Shown here: in pieces, positions 12,379-24,377 of the stretch
How the letters are laid out: the number at the start of each line of letters is the position of its first letter
How positions within the stretch are numbered: the first letter of the stretch is position 1
The notes under the pieces: generated by a model
The model's database searches: none
Told to the model about the DNA's origin: nothing
Seen by the model: only the letters and a program-made list of their open reading frames with translations
Position numbers and translations under genes: made by a program
NCBI GenBank assembly: GCA_052327205.1
Contig: CM126222.1
Span: 16,926,001 to 16,990,000, forward strand
Source: Somniosus microcephalus
Taxonomy: Eukaryota
DNA length: 64,000 nt
Direction of reading: 5' to 3'

Positions 12379-13212
12379 CTCTTCTCTCTTAGGCAGTCCC
12401 TCGGAACCGAGGATGACTTGCTTCCACATTAAAAATGAGTTCTCAGGTGACTGATGAGTCCAATGTGGTACCTACAGTCTCTGTCACAGGTAGGGCAGAC
12501 GGTGGTTGAAGGGGCGGGTGGGTGGGGTGCTTGGGTTGACGTGCGCTCCTTCCGCTGTTTGCGCTTGGCTTCCGCTTGCTCCTGGCGAAGAGACTCAAGG
12601 TGTTCGGCGCCTTCCCGGATGTTTCTCCTCCACTTTGTGCGGTCTTGGGCCAGGGATTCCCAGGTGTCGGTGGGGATGTTACACTTTTTCAAGGAGGCTT
12701 TGAGGGTGTCCTTGAAGCGTTTCCTCTGCCCACCTGGGGCTCTCTTGCCGTGCCGGAGCGCCGAGTAGAGCGCTTGTTTTGGGAGTCTCGTATCGGGCAT
12801 GCGGATGATGTGACCCGTCCATCGGAGCTGATCGAGCGTGGTCAAAGCTTCGATGCTGGGGATGTTGGCCTGAGCAAGAACACTGACGTTGGTGCGCCTA
12901 TCCTGCCAATGGATTTGCAGGATCTTGCGGAGGCAGCGTTGGTGGTACCTCTCCAGTGCTTTGAGGTGCCTGCTGTACATGGTCCATGTCTCTGAAATAT
13001 ACAGGAGGGCAGGTATCACTACTGCTCTGTGGACCATGAGCTTAGTGCCGGGTTTGAGGTCCTGGTCTTCAAACACTCTCTTCCTCAGGCGACCGAAGGC
13101 TGCACTGGCACACTGAAGGCGGTGTTGGACTTCGTCGTCTGCCCTTGTTGACAGTAGGCTCCCGAGGTATGGAAAGTGGTCCACGTTGTCCAAGGCCTTG
13201 TCGTGGAGCACA
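12379..13212 (-). mobile_element. RTE/BovB-like LINE, 5'-truncated, with an uninterrupted C-terminal ORF (12429-13211)
   Basis: VDHFPYLGS...ASAAFGRLRKRVF...LLYISETWT...QLRWTGHIIRMPDTRLPKQALY...GGQRKRFKDTLK and a terminal C2H2 finger (CPTCDRDC...GLISHLRTH); short 3' UTR ending GACTGCCTAAGAGAGAAG. Confidence 0.9.
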
Positions 13213-13219
13213 GCAAGGC

Positions 13220-13868
13220 TTGTACAGCAAGTAATTAGGAAGGCAAATGGAGTGTTGGCCTTTATTGCAAAGGAAATGGTGTATAAAAGCAGGGAAGTCC
13301 TGTTACAACTGTACAGGGCGTTGGTGAGACCACACCTGGAGTACTGCGTACAGCTTTGGTCTCCTTATTTAAGGAGGGATATACTTGCATTGGAGGCAGT
13401 TCAGAGAAGGTTCACGAGGTTGATTCCTGAGATGAAGGGGGTTGTCTTATGAGGAAAGGCTGAGCAGGTTGGGTCTATACTCATTGGAGCTTAGAAGAAT
13501 GAGAGGGGATCTTATTGAGGGGGATTGACAGGGTGGATGCCGAGAGGATGTTTCCCCTCGTGGGGGAATCTAGAACTAGGAGGCATAGTTTCAGGATAAG
13601 GGGTCGTCCATTTAAGACGGAGATGAGGAGGAATTTCTTGAGGGTGGTGAATCTTTGGAATTCTCTTCCCCAGAGAGCTGTGGAGGCTCAGTCGTTGAGT
13701 ATATTCAAGGCTGAGAGACAGATATTTGTGCTACAGGGGAGTCGAGGATTATGGGGAAACAGGCGGGAAAGTGGAGTTGAGGCCAAGATCAGATCAGCCA
13801 TGACCTTATTGAATGGCAGAGCAGGCTCGAAGGGCCGATTGGCTGACTCCTGCTCCTGGTTCTTATGT
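13220..13868 (+). mobile_element. CR1 3' fragment; its 5' stub lies at ~12361-12379, separated by the RTE insertion
   Basis: VQQVIRKANGVLAFI...[15 protein letters not shown]. The upstream CR1 words AAATTAACATGCAGGTAC sit on the far side of the RTE. Confidence 0.88.
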
Positions 13869-14574
13869 ACAGACCTTCTCCTAATCATGGAATGTGCTGG
13901 CCAGAGTGGTAAATGCAATTTTGCCCAGCCGCATACGCCCAAGATTTGCATCATAGCAGTACTGTTACATCTGCCACCTTGCATAAGACTTGCACACGTG
14001 CAGTGTTCTCCTTATTGCCAAATCCACCCTCCCGGTATAAAGGGGGCAATTGTGCAGCGCAGGAAGCAATGGCTTAGAAGTGCTAACTGTTTGGAGTTTG
14101 AAACAGTTTGCCATTGCCTTCTGAGTGCAGTGTAATCAGTGTCTGATGCAGTGCAGAACAGGAGACAGGAAGTGTTTTCACCTTTGCAAAGGCTGCTTCC
14201 AAAACAAAGCCCTGTTGGACTGCACAAAGAGACACAGCTAAAGAAAGCCTGAAAATTAACCACAAGCAAATACACCTCTGATCAAATCACAGTAAGTGCA
14301 GCAGGAAGGTTTTAGTGGTGTTTGTAGCTGAAGTCTGAAACCGATATATATTTAAAAAGAACCTCCCTGTTGTTAGTGTGTACAACTCCAACTCCACCAC
14401 ACCAAGCACGCTCAGTTGGATCTGTTCAGTTGAGTCAAAACATCACATTTTCATTTTACTCTTCTTACCAGTTTCAACCCCTCCTCGCCTGAAGCTGTCA
14501 ACTCCTTGCTGGGATGCAATTTAATGGGCCCTCCTCCTCCCCTCACAGGCTCCTTGCCTGAAAGAGCCTATACA

Positions 14575-14985
14575 GCCTTTCATGGACTCAAGATGCCCCA
14601 AAGTGCTTCGCAGCCAATGAAGTACTTTTTTTTTTTTTTTTTGAAGAGTAGTCACTGTTGAAACGTGCCACCTCTGTTGAAACAAGGAGGAATAGGCAAT
14701 CCCGGCAGGTACACCAGAGAAGCAATGGAGAGCGGTGGAGTGGTTGACCATGTTGAATGCTGCGGAGGACAGGGAGGGATAATGCACCCTTGGTTGCATA
14801 CACATGCCATCTGTGACTTTGACCAGGGCGGACTCTGTGCTCTGGGCAGGACGGAAGCAGACTGAAGGGATTTGAAATGGGAAATTAGGAGAAACGAGCA
14901 CAGAGTTGAGTGCCAACAATGTGTTCAAGGACCTTAAAAAGGAAAGGGAGGCTAGAAATGAGACAGAAGTTGGAAACGATACAAG
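14575..14985 (-). mobile_element. Deu-SINE tail fragment plus L2 RT fragment
   Basis: FRPAQSTESALVKVTD...LSSAAFNMVNH is L2 RT; CAGCCAATGAAGTACTTTT is the SINE tail. Confidence 0.65.
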
Positions 14986-16003
14986 GGTTCACAAGAGGAC
15001 ACATCCAACACTCCCCAAAGGGAAACTTAGTAAAGCTGCAGCAGACAGGCTCAGACAATGCCAGCGCCTATGATATTTCAAAATAAAGAGATTCACTGCA
15101 AGTAGCAAAAAGATTAAGTTTACTTGACAGGATGCCGAGTACAAGCTCTAGACCTATCTAAAGGCCTGTTAATTTGTGGGAATTTGGCAGCAGAAACACA
15201 GCGCTCTTGCTTTCGACAGCTCCCAAGTATAATGGCGATGAACCCAGAGTTCTGACAGTTAAATGCTTACTCCTTATTCAAGGCTGCCTGGGTTCAAGCC
15301 CCGTGTGCCAATGGGGGGAATTTCTATTTTTTGGAAGCGTAATGTGTTGTAATATCAGGTCACAATCAGCCACAGTACACAATACAAGTGGGTGAGAGGA
15401 GGCAACTGTGCCGTTTCAGTGCTGCTGTCTCATGGTCCGATCAATATGGTAAAAGACAACAAAGTGTGGGGACTCAAGACAATTTTATTAAGTGATGATT
15501 TCGTTAATTATGTTAGGTCCTACGATCACACCAGTACAGGATCAAGTTGGCTGCATATAGTGACACCACTATTTCCGGGCAGAATGAAGATGATTGGGTA
15601 ATTCCCCCGACAATCACGTTGCAAGTGGCTGGGATTGATTGTACGCACATCATTCGTATTGTGTAACTATCCTCCACTCACTGCATTTTGCTGGAGAAAT
15701 CATCCTGCTTTTATTGGGAGATGTTGCGGTCATGAGTTTTGTTTGCTGTAATTCATAGAGATTCTTTTTAAATAGACTCTAGTCTGTTTGCTGAGTAAAT
15801 AGACTTTGTTTGCTGTAAATTCCAACCCCTCCAAATCTGGCTGACACAGTGGTGTCAATAGACACTCTGGATCGGGCAAGTTACTGTCTGGTGACCATCA
15901 GTTCTGACCCATCACACCAAATGGGACTACTTAAATCTGTGATGTGCAACACCCTGCAGGTGAAGCTGATGTGATCAAGGGGAGTGATCATGCAATGGTA
16001 GGA

Positions 16004-16436
16004 AAGAACTTGCATTTATATAGGGCCTTTTGTCCCAAAATACTTCACAGCCAATCAATTACTTCTGAAATGCAGTCACTCACCGTCATTGGGTAAGCAA
16101 ACACGGCAGCCAATTTCTGCTCAGCAAGGTCCCAAAAACAGCTAACTGAAAAAAATGACCAGATAATCTGCTTTTGGCGGTGTTGGTTGAAGTATGAATA
16201 TTGGCCAAGACACCAGGAGAACTCCCTGCTCTTCTTCAAAAAGTACCATGGGATTTATCCCCACCCAAAGAGGCAAATGGGCCTCAGTTTAATATCTTAC
16301 CCGAAAGACGGCACATCTGATAATTCAACACTCCCTCAGAGCTGCACTGAAATGCCAGGCTAGATTATGTGCTCCAGTACCTGGAATGGGGCTTGAATCC
16401 ACAACCTTCTGAATCAGGAGGGAGAGCGTTACCACT
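16004..16436 (-). mobile_element. Deu-SINE (SacSINE1-like)
   Basis: Reverse-complement match to 421-948 from the tRNA head to the L2-like tail. Confidence 0.85.
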
Positions 16437-16479
16437 TTCGGCGTAAGCCGACTTTCGGATGAGATGTTAAACAGAGAAT

Positions 16480-18311
16480 GTTTAACGTTACATTGGTGAC
16501 CCAACGATGTGAGTACGGGAGCTCATCAATTCCAACACTACAATTGGTGAACCCGTATCCGTGAATGATTTTCATGGTAGCAACGCGCGCCTGAACCTTA
16601 TCTTCCCACAAGACGACCGACGCACAACCGACGAACAACCACGGAACAGCAACCGCCTAACACTGATTCCTCCAAAGGCGACCCCGTCTTTGCGAACGTA
16701 TTCGCAAGGTAAGCGCAGCCTGGAGCAGATCCCGTTTGACACGGACAAAACTCAACCGGACCCTGTTTTTTTTTTTTGTGAGCAATTTTCACAGAAGAAG
16801 CACGCCATGGAAGCACCAGCCGTTTTGCTGTCGCTACCGCAATCCAGGGAGCCACAGTCTCCCTCGTGCTTTATACCGGTAGAAGCCCCGTTCGACGAGA
16901 ACATCGATGCGGCGCCGACCACGCACTTGCTCACGGTCCCCGTACTCATCTTTCCTACCGTCACACGGATCGTCCGCCTCTACGTCTAAAGCAACAGCAA
17001 GTATACATCTCTCCAAGCGCAGGGTACAGCATGTTCGGGCCCACAAAATCGGAGCGTGCCCTGCGGGGATACCACGAGGACTCACCCCCGCGAACCACGA
17101 GGACCCATCCCTCGCAAACCACGAGGATCCATCCCTCGTGAACCACGAGGACCCTGCCCTCATGAAACACGAAGACTCGTTCCCCGCCGACGACGCACCA
17201 GCCCGTCAGCCTGCTGGTTGTGTTACCTGCTACACGTTTAAGTGCGAACGAAAAGCGTTGCCGCCCTCACGGCTGTTTTCTCCTAAATCTACAACAACTA
17301 CAAGTGTTGCCGCCCTCCAGGCAGAGTTTACCCCTCCCGAAAGCAACAACAACCTGGACCGTTGCCGCCCTTTCTCCAGTTTTCCCTTTAACAAATGCGA
17401 ACGTCTACTGAAGCTGCACACATCGAGGACGGGCCCAACGGGCATCCTGCGGCCGCGATCAGCCACGTGAAAGTTGCTGGCCTCACCGATCGCTGATCAA
17501 CGCAGCAACTCTTCACCCTCCGTTGTGTTATTGTCATAGCACTATGGCACGCACCGTTCCGTGCGTTCCAGCCTCCCGAAGGTTTCGCTCACCTGTCGGC
17601 GAGTTCACCGACCTCGCCTGTCAAGTCCTTCTGGATCGCTCGTTTGGCATTCCTGCAGAGTTCGTCAGAACAAGGACTTGTTTCAACATCAACGGAGACA
17701 TCGCCCGCGTCCGCCCAACCTGCCCGTCACTCTGACAAGGCCTGCTGTTTCGCACGTCTCCACGGTCCTTCGCCTGATGGATACGTTTTATTCGCCACGA
17801 CGCGCGTAAGGATCCGCTCACGAGCAGCATCTTCAGACCTCGCCTACCAAGTCGAGACAGCACGACCGCCGTGACCACCAGCTCGTCAGACCATCTCATC
17901 CTTGGACTTTCGTTAAAGCGAATTCTGGGGGGGCCTATGTGGCGGTACCACCGGTTGTCCCTTACATTGAGATACATAATTCCCTTTAACTTACCTTACT
18001 GTATGTCTGTTACTATACTCAGGCTTCTCTCCTGTACTCTGACGTCAGAGCTCGGAACCTTCCAACAGTAGAGCTCGGAACCTGCTGGCAGTTGAGCTCG
18101 GAACCTGCTGGCAGTTGAGCTGGAAAACTTCTAGTTAGTCCTCGTGGCGTCCCTGCTGGGGAAAGACCTACACCACGGTGCTCCTACAGTCAGCCATCTT
18201 ACCTGCTACCTTACCTGTTGTATTTAACCTGTTCCTGTAAATAAACAACTTATTTATAGTTCGTCGAAGTCCAACTCGATTATTTAGTGGTGATGCACTC
18301 GAACCGCTACA
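16480..18311 (+). mobile_element. Non-autonomous, degenerate Ty3/Gypsy LTR element, probably CsRn1 clade (3' LTR only)
   Basis: PBS-like TGGTGACCC at 16494 (tRNA-Trp 3'-end complement); PPT-like TCTGGGGGGG at ~17924-17933; LTR ~17938-18311 bounded by TGTGGCGGT...ACCGCTACA with AATAAA; relic of a gag CHCC knuckle (LCYCH..YG..CVP) near 17525. It interrupts a Deu-SINE. Confidence 0.72.
17938..18311 (+). repeat. 3' LTR of the CsRn1-like element, with internal ~24-bp repeats
   Basis: Terminal inverted repeat TGTGGCGGT/ACCGCTACA; GAGCTCGGAACCTGCTGGCAGTT x3-4 at 18047-18128; polyA signal at 18240. Confidence 0.75.
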
Positions 18312-18597
18312 GATGTCTGCCCTCTCAGGTGGACCCCATGGCACTATTTCAAAGAAGAGCAGGAGAGTTCTCCCCGGCGTCCTGGCCAATATTTATCTCT
18401 CAACCAATATCACTAAAAATAGATTATCTGGTCACTATCACATTGCTGTTTGTGGGAGCTTGCTGTGCACAAATTGGCTGCCGCGTTTTCCACATTACAA
18501 CAGTGACCACACTTCAAAAGTACTTCATTGGCTGTAAAGTGCTTTGGGACATCCTGAGGCTATGGAAGGTGTTGTATAAATGCAAGTCTTTCTTTAA
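18312..18597 (+). mobile_element. Deu-SINE 3' part; its 5' stub is at ~16447-16480
   Basis: GTCTGCCCTCTCAGGTGG...CCATGGCACTATTT continues the SINE words CTTTCGGATGAGATGTTAAACAGAG found before the LTR element. Confidence 0.85.
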
Positions 18598-19319
18598 AAA
18601 AAAATCCCGATCAATGAATGTACTTGCAGTTTTACACCGCCTTACTGCATCTCCAAGTCTTTCACATTCAATAAGCCAACTTTTCGAATTAGTCACTTAC
18701 ATAGGCAAACATGACCACGGTGAGGATTGTCTCCAAATCACATGGCTCAGAAGAGGAAACATGAATTGTATGGTTAGGGAAAACCCATCTATGTTTGGGT
18801 GACGTGAATCAGTCTGAGCTCTGCTGCTCCGCCTTCTTCCTCTTCCCTCTACCGAACTGCTCATGTGAATGTGAAGCTGGGGTTCTGCTTTAGTTGTACC
18901 AAGTGTGTTAAACACAAACACACAATCCCAGGCTGTGCATCGGATTCATTGCTGGTTTTTTGAACGGAATTCCAGCACCAGTTGTGACACCTTTTCCTGC
19001 AATGGTACCTTTATTGGTCTGCAGATTGACGGGTCACTCACTCAATCCAAAACATTTAGCAAGCGATACTTCAAGCATTCGACTTCATCACTGCTACACT
19101 TGAAAATAGCCTGTCACTCACTCGGGACAATAACCCAGCCCCCCTCCCACAAACAACAGGCCCCAAAGAGTTTGGGGTGGGGAGGGTGAAAGAAAAATAA
19201 AATCCTCTCAACGAACAGTAAACGATTACAGTCGACTCCTCTTAATTTAAAGTTGCTTAATTCAAATTACAATTCAATTTTTCCAACACGACATAACTAA
19301 TTTGGGGTGTTATTTGTAA

Positions 19320-22300
19320 TGAAGTTTACCCGTCTGGCTACACCTTTCACCACGTGCCTGCCCAAACAACCAACTCCACTGGCACCTTCTCCTTTGAGCA
19401 TCTCACCTCGTTCCACCCCCCTCGCGCCTCATTTAAAATCCTCACTCTCTACCGCCCACTCACATTTCTCACCGAGATATCTTCACCGCTTTCCTCCCTC
19501 AACCTCTGCACCGAGCGACTTCTCGCCCTCGGTGATTTCAAGCTCCATCGCAACTCATGCTCATTCTCCTGCGTTCACTGCCTTCCTATCCTCTGTAAAG
19601 CTCTCCCTCAATATAAACTCCACTACCCATATTCACGGCCACCCCCTCGACTTCACCATCTCACGTGGCCTCGCTACTCCTGTTGTGGCAATCACAGATA
19701 AGGCCATCTCTGATCACTTCCTTGTATCACTCTCCATCCATATTCCCTTTCCGACCCCACTTCATTGCGTCTGCCCATGGAAAAAAAACTCTCCTGCAAG
19801 TCACTTACATCTGCACTTTCAAAATTCCAACTTTCTAGCCTTTGGCCCTCCATTCACCACAACATTTCTGCAGCTACCGATCTGCTCAACCACACCCTCA
19901 CCTCCACGTTTGATGCCCTTGTCCCCATTCAAACCATTACTCTCCCTCATCCTGGTTGTTACTCCTGGTATAGCCCTCATCTCTGCTCCCTTAAGTCCAA
20001 GGGATGCAGACTTGAACGCATATGGTGGACAACTGGTTTAACCATTCATCGACAGATTTGGCTGGACCACACAACGCACTACCGGGGGCCCTGCTCTCTT
20101 TTGCCAAAAGCGTTCACTATTCCAGGTTCATCCAGGAATGCAGAGATAACCCCCGACTTCTCTTCTCCACTACAGTCTTCTCAAACCCCATTTCCCTGCC
20201 TCCTCCACCCTCATCTCCTACAAGGAGCTCATGGACTTTGTCACAAAGATAGAGGATCATCCGTTCAGTTGCCTCTGCTGCTTCCCTCCCTTCCACCGGG
20301 TCAAATTTCCCCTAAGGTTCCCTTCTGCCCTGGTCCTGAACTCGCATCTTTCTCTAGTTTCTCCCCTATCTCCCATCATGCCCTCTCCGAGTTCATCTCA
20401 TCCATGAGACCCACCTCCTGCTCCCTTGACCCTATTCCCACCAAACTGCTGACCACCCAACTTCCCTCCCTAGCCCCCATGTTAGCTGATGTTGCTAACG
20501 GTTCCCTCTTTGAAGGTACTGTCCCCCTCCCCTTAAACTCTGCCATCATCACCCCTCTCAAAAAAAAAACCCTTCACCCCCTCTGTCCTTGCAAACTTCT
20601 GCCCCTGCAAACTACTGCCCCATCTCCAACCTCCCTTTCCTCTCCAAAATCCATATCCATCTTTCCCACAACTCCATGCATGAATTCCTCCAATCAGATT
20701 TTCGCCCCTGCCACAGTACTGAAACGGCCCTTATCAAAGTCACAAATGACATTCTATGTGACTGTGACCGTGGTAAACTATCCCTCCTCGTCCTTCTCGA
20801 CCTGTCTGTAGCCTTTGGCACAGTTGACCACACCATCCTCCTCCAACGCCTCTCCACCATCGTCCAGCTGGGTGGGACTGCACTCGCCTGGTTCCATTCT
20901 TACCTATCCAGTGGCAGCCAGAGACTCACCTGCAACGGCTTCTCTTCCCGCTCCATTACCTCTGGTGTCCCCCAAGGATCTATCTTTAGCCCCCGCCTAT
21001 TTCTCATCTACATGCTGCCCCTCGGTGACATCATCCAGAAACACATCAGGTTCCACATGTACAGTGACGACACTCAGCTCTACCTCACCACTACCTCTCT
21101 CGACCGTCGGCCGCCAAATACCCCCCACTGATTTGTCACACTGCTTATCCGACATCCAGTGCTGGATGAGCAGAAATTTCCTCCAACTAATTATTTTGAA
21201 GACCAAAGCCATTGGCTTCAGTCCTCGCAACAAACTCCGCTCCCTAGCCACCAACTCCATTCCTCTCCGTCAACTGTCTGAGGCTGAACCAGACCATTCG
21301 CAGCCTTGGTGTCGTATTTGACCCCGAGATGAGCTTCCAACCACATATCTGCTCCATCACCAAGACCGTCTGCTTCAACCACCATAACATCATGGATTCT
21401 GCCCCCACCTCAGCCCATCAGCTGCTGAAACCCTCATCCATGCCTCTGTTACCTCTCGAGTTGACTATTCCAACGCTCTCCTGGCCAGTCTCCCATCATC
21501 CACCCTACAGAAACTTGAGCTATCCAAAACTCTGCTGCCCATTTCCAAACTCGCACCAAGTCCCGTTCATCCATCACTCGTTGGCCTATATTTGCTCCCA
21601 GTTCAGCAACGGCTGAATTAAAAACATTTCATCCTGGTTTTCAAATCCCTCCATGGCCTTGCCCCTCCCTATCTCTGTAATCTCCTCCAGCCCTACAAGC
21701 CTTCAAGATTTCTGCACTCCTCCAATTCTGGCATGTTGCATATGCCCGGTTTTAATTGCTCCACCACTGGCGGCTGTGCCTTCAGCTGCCCAGGCCCTAA
21801 GCTCTGGAATTCCCTCCCTAAACATTTCCACCTCCCGCTCCTCCTTTAAGACGTTTCTTAAAACCTACCTTTTTGACCTAACTTTTGGTCACCTGTCCTA
21901 TTATCTCATGTGGCTTAGTGTCAAATTATGTTTGATAATGTGTATAAAATTATGAGGGACCTAGATAGAGTGGATAGGAAGGACCTATTTCCTTCAGCAG
22001 AGGGGTCATTAACCAGGGGGCATAGATTTAAGGTAATTGGTAGAAGGATTAGAGGGGAGTTGAGGAGAACTGTTTTCACCCAGAGGGTGGTGAGGGTCTG
22101 GAACTCACTGCCTGAAAGGGTGGTCGAGGCAGAGACCCTCATCACATTTAAAAAGTACTTGGATATGCACTTGAAGTGCCGTAACCTCCAGGGCTACGAA
22201 CCAAGAGCTGGAAAGTGGGATTAGGCTGGAGAGCTCTTTCTCAGCTGGCACAGACACGATGGGCTGAATGGCCTCCTTTAGTGCCGTAAACTTCTATGAT

Positions 22301-22380
22301 TCTATGAGCACGCCTGTGAAGCACCATGGGATGTTTTACTATGTTAAAGGCGCTATAGAAATGCAAGTTATTGTTATTTA
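19320..22380 (+). mobile_element. L2 LINE, ~3 kb, frameshifted ORF2 (APE end plus RT), with a CR1 nested in its 3' end
   Basis: LGDF...THIHGHPLDF...ISDHFLV (APE); SCSLDPIPTKLL; QSDFRPCHSTETALIKVTND; LDLSVAFGTVDH; GVPQGS; YSDDTQLY; tail AAAGGCGCTATAGAAATGCAAGT. Confidence 0.9.
21939..22307 (+). mobile_element. CR1 3' end nested in L2
   Basis: VYKIMRDLDRVDRKDLFP...FTQRVVRVWNSLPERVVEA and a TTCTATGATTCTATG tail. Confidence 0.88.
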
Positions 22381-22774
22381 TCTAGCTTCATTCAATTTAT
22401 TGGATGATTCAAGTTCTTTCAGCACAAAGAGCTTCGAATTATCAGGAACGGACTGCAACAGTCTGCTTTTTCCCCCACTCCTAGTGCACGATTTGGAACC
22501 GTGCCCTTGGGCTGCGGTGTTGGCCAAACAGAGAAGCTGAGTTGGTACAGGGAAGTCACAAGTACAAAAATAGAACGCTGTTTTACCAGATCAGAAAGAA
22601 AATCCAAAGGGCAGGTTGAGAGGGAGCTTTGTACACGTAGGTAGCTCATTCAGAAATGCCTACGGCAGTTAAATTATATACTGCCTCAGACAACCTCTAT
22701 AAAACAAATTACATCAAAATAGCTCAGCAAACTGAGGTTTGATGACTTAAAACCGAGGCTGGTTTGGAGCAATG

Positions 22775-22855
22775 CCCTGAAACGTTAACTCTGTTTTTCT
22801 TTCTCCGCGGATGCTGCCTGACCTGCTCAGTGTTTCCAGCATTTTCTGTTGTTAT
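22775..22855 (+). mobile_element. Penelope-like element terminal (pLTR) fragment
   Basis: CCTGAAACGTTAACTCTG...GATGCTGCCTGACCTGCT...TTTCCAGCATTTTCTGTT is the same family as 58573-58997. Confidence 0.65.
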
Positions 22856-22856
22856 A

Positions 22857-24377
22857 ACAAATCCCCTGGACCTGATGACCTGTATCCTAGGGTTTTAAAA
22901 GAGGTAGCTGCAGAGATAGTGGTTGCACTGGTTTTAATCTTCCAGAATTCCCTAGATTCTAGAACAGTCCCCAAGGATTGGAAGGTAGCAAACATAACCC
23001 CGCTATTTAAGAAAGGAGGAAGAGAAAAAATAGGGAACTCTAGGCCCGTTAGCCTGACATCAGTAGTAGGGAAAATGCTAGAATCTATTGTTAGGGATGT
23101 GGTAACAGGGCACTTCAAAAATTATAATATTAGGCAGAGTCATCATGGTTTTATAAAAGGGAAATAGTGTTTGACAAATCTGTTAAGAGTTTTTTGAAGA
23201 TGTAATGAGTAGGATGCATAAGGGGGAACCAGTGTATGTGGTGTATTTGGATTTTCAAAAAGCATTCGATAAGGTGCCACAAGAGGTTACTATACAAAAT
23301 TAGGACTCATGGATTGAGGCTTGGTTAATGGACAGAAAACACAGTAAGAATAAACAGGACTTTTTCAGGCTGGCATGCTGTAACTAGTGGGGTATCGCAA
23401 GGATCAGCGCTTGGGACTCCGCTATTTACAATCTATATTAATGACTTGGACACCTTACACTCAGACCCTTCATCCCCTTCATCTAAGTTTGCTGATGATA
23501 CAAAGTTAGGTGGGAAAGTAACCCGTGAGGAGGACACAAAGAGGCTGCAGAGAGATATAGACAGGTTGACTGAGTGGGCAAGAACATGGCAAATGGAATA
23601 CAATGAGAGGAAGCGTGGTGTTATCCACTTTGGTAGGAAAAAACTAAAAAGCAGAATATTTTTTGAATGGTGAGAGACTGGTAAATGTTTGCACTCAGAG
23701 GGACCTGGGTGTCCTTGTACATGAATCACAGAAAGTTAACATGCAGGTACAGCAAGCAATTAGGAAAGCAAATGGTATGTTAGTTTTTGTTACAAAGGGA
23801 TTAGAGTATAAGAGTAAAGAAGTCTTACTACAGTTATACAGGGTATTGGTGAGGCCACACCTGGAGTACTGTGTACAGTTCTGGTCTCCGTACCTAAGGA
23901 AAGACATACTTGCCATAGAGGGAGTGCAACAAAGGTTCACCAGGCTGGTTCCTGGGATGGGGGGATTGTCCTATGAGGAGAGATTGAGTAGACTGGGCCT
24001 ATATTCTCTAGAGTTTAGAAGAATGAGAGGTGATCTCATTGAAACATAAAATTCTTAAGGAGCTTGACAGGGTTAATGCTGGAAAAATGTTCCCCCTGGC
24101 TGGGGAATCTAGAACATGGGGTCGGCCATTTAGGACTGAGATGAGGAGAAATTTCTTAGAGGGTTGTGAATCTTTGGAATTCTCTAGCCCAGAGAGCTGT
24201 GGATGCTCAGTCATTGAGTATATTCGAGACTGAGGTCGATAAATTTTTGGGAACCAAAAGAATTATGGGATATGGGGATAGTGTGGGAAGGTGGAGTCGA
24301 GGTAGATCAGCCATGATCTCATTGAATGGCGGAGCAGGCTCCAAGGGCCAAATGGCCTCCTCCTATTTCTTATGTTC
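22857..24377 (+). mobile_element. CR1 LINE ORF2 (RT) fragment, frameshifted
   Basis: [60 protein letters not shown]. Confidence 0.92.

Noticed and set aside
16561-17470. 142-aa and 187-aa ORFs as novel host genes
   Set aside because: They lie between the PBS and PPT of the LTR element; GC-rich decayed retroelement sequence with no recognisable intact domain.
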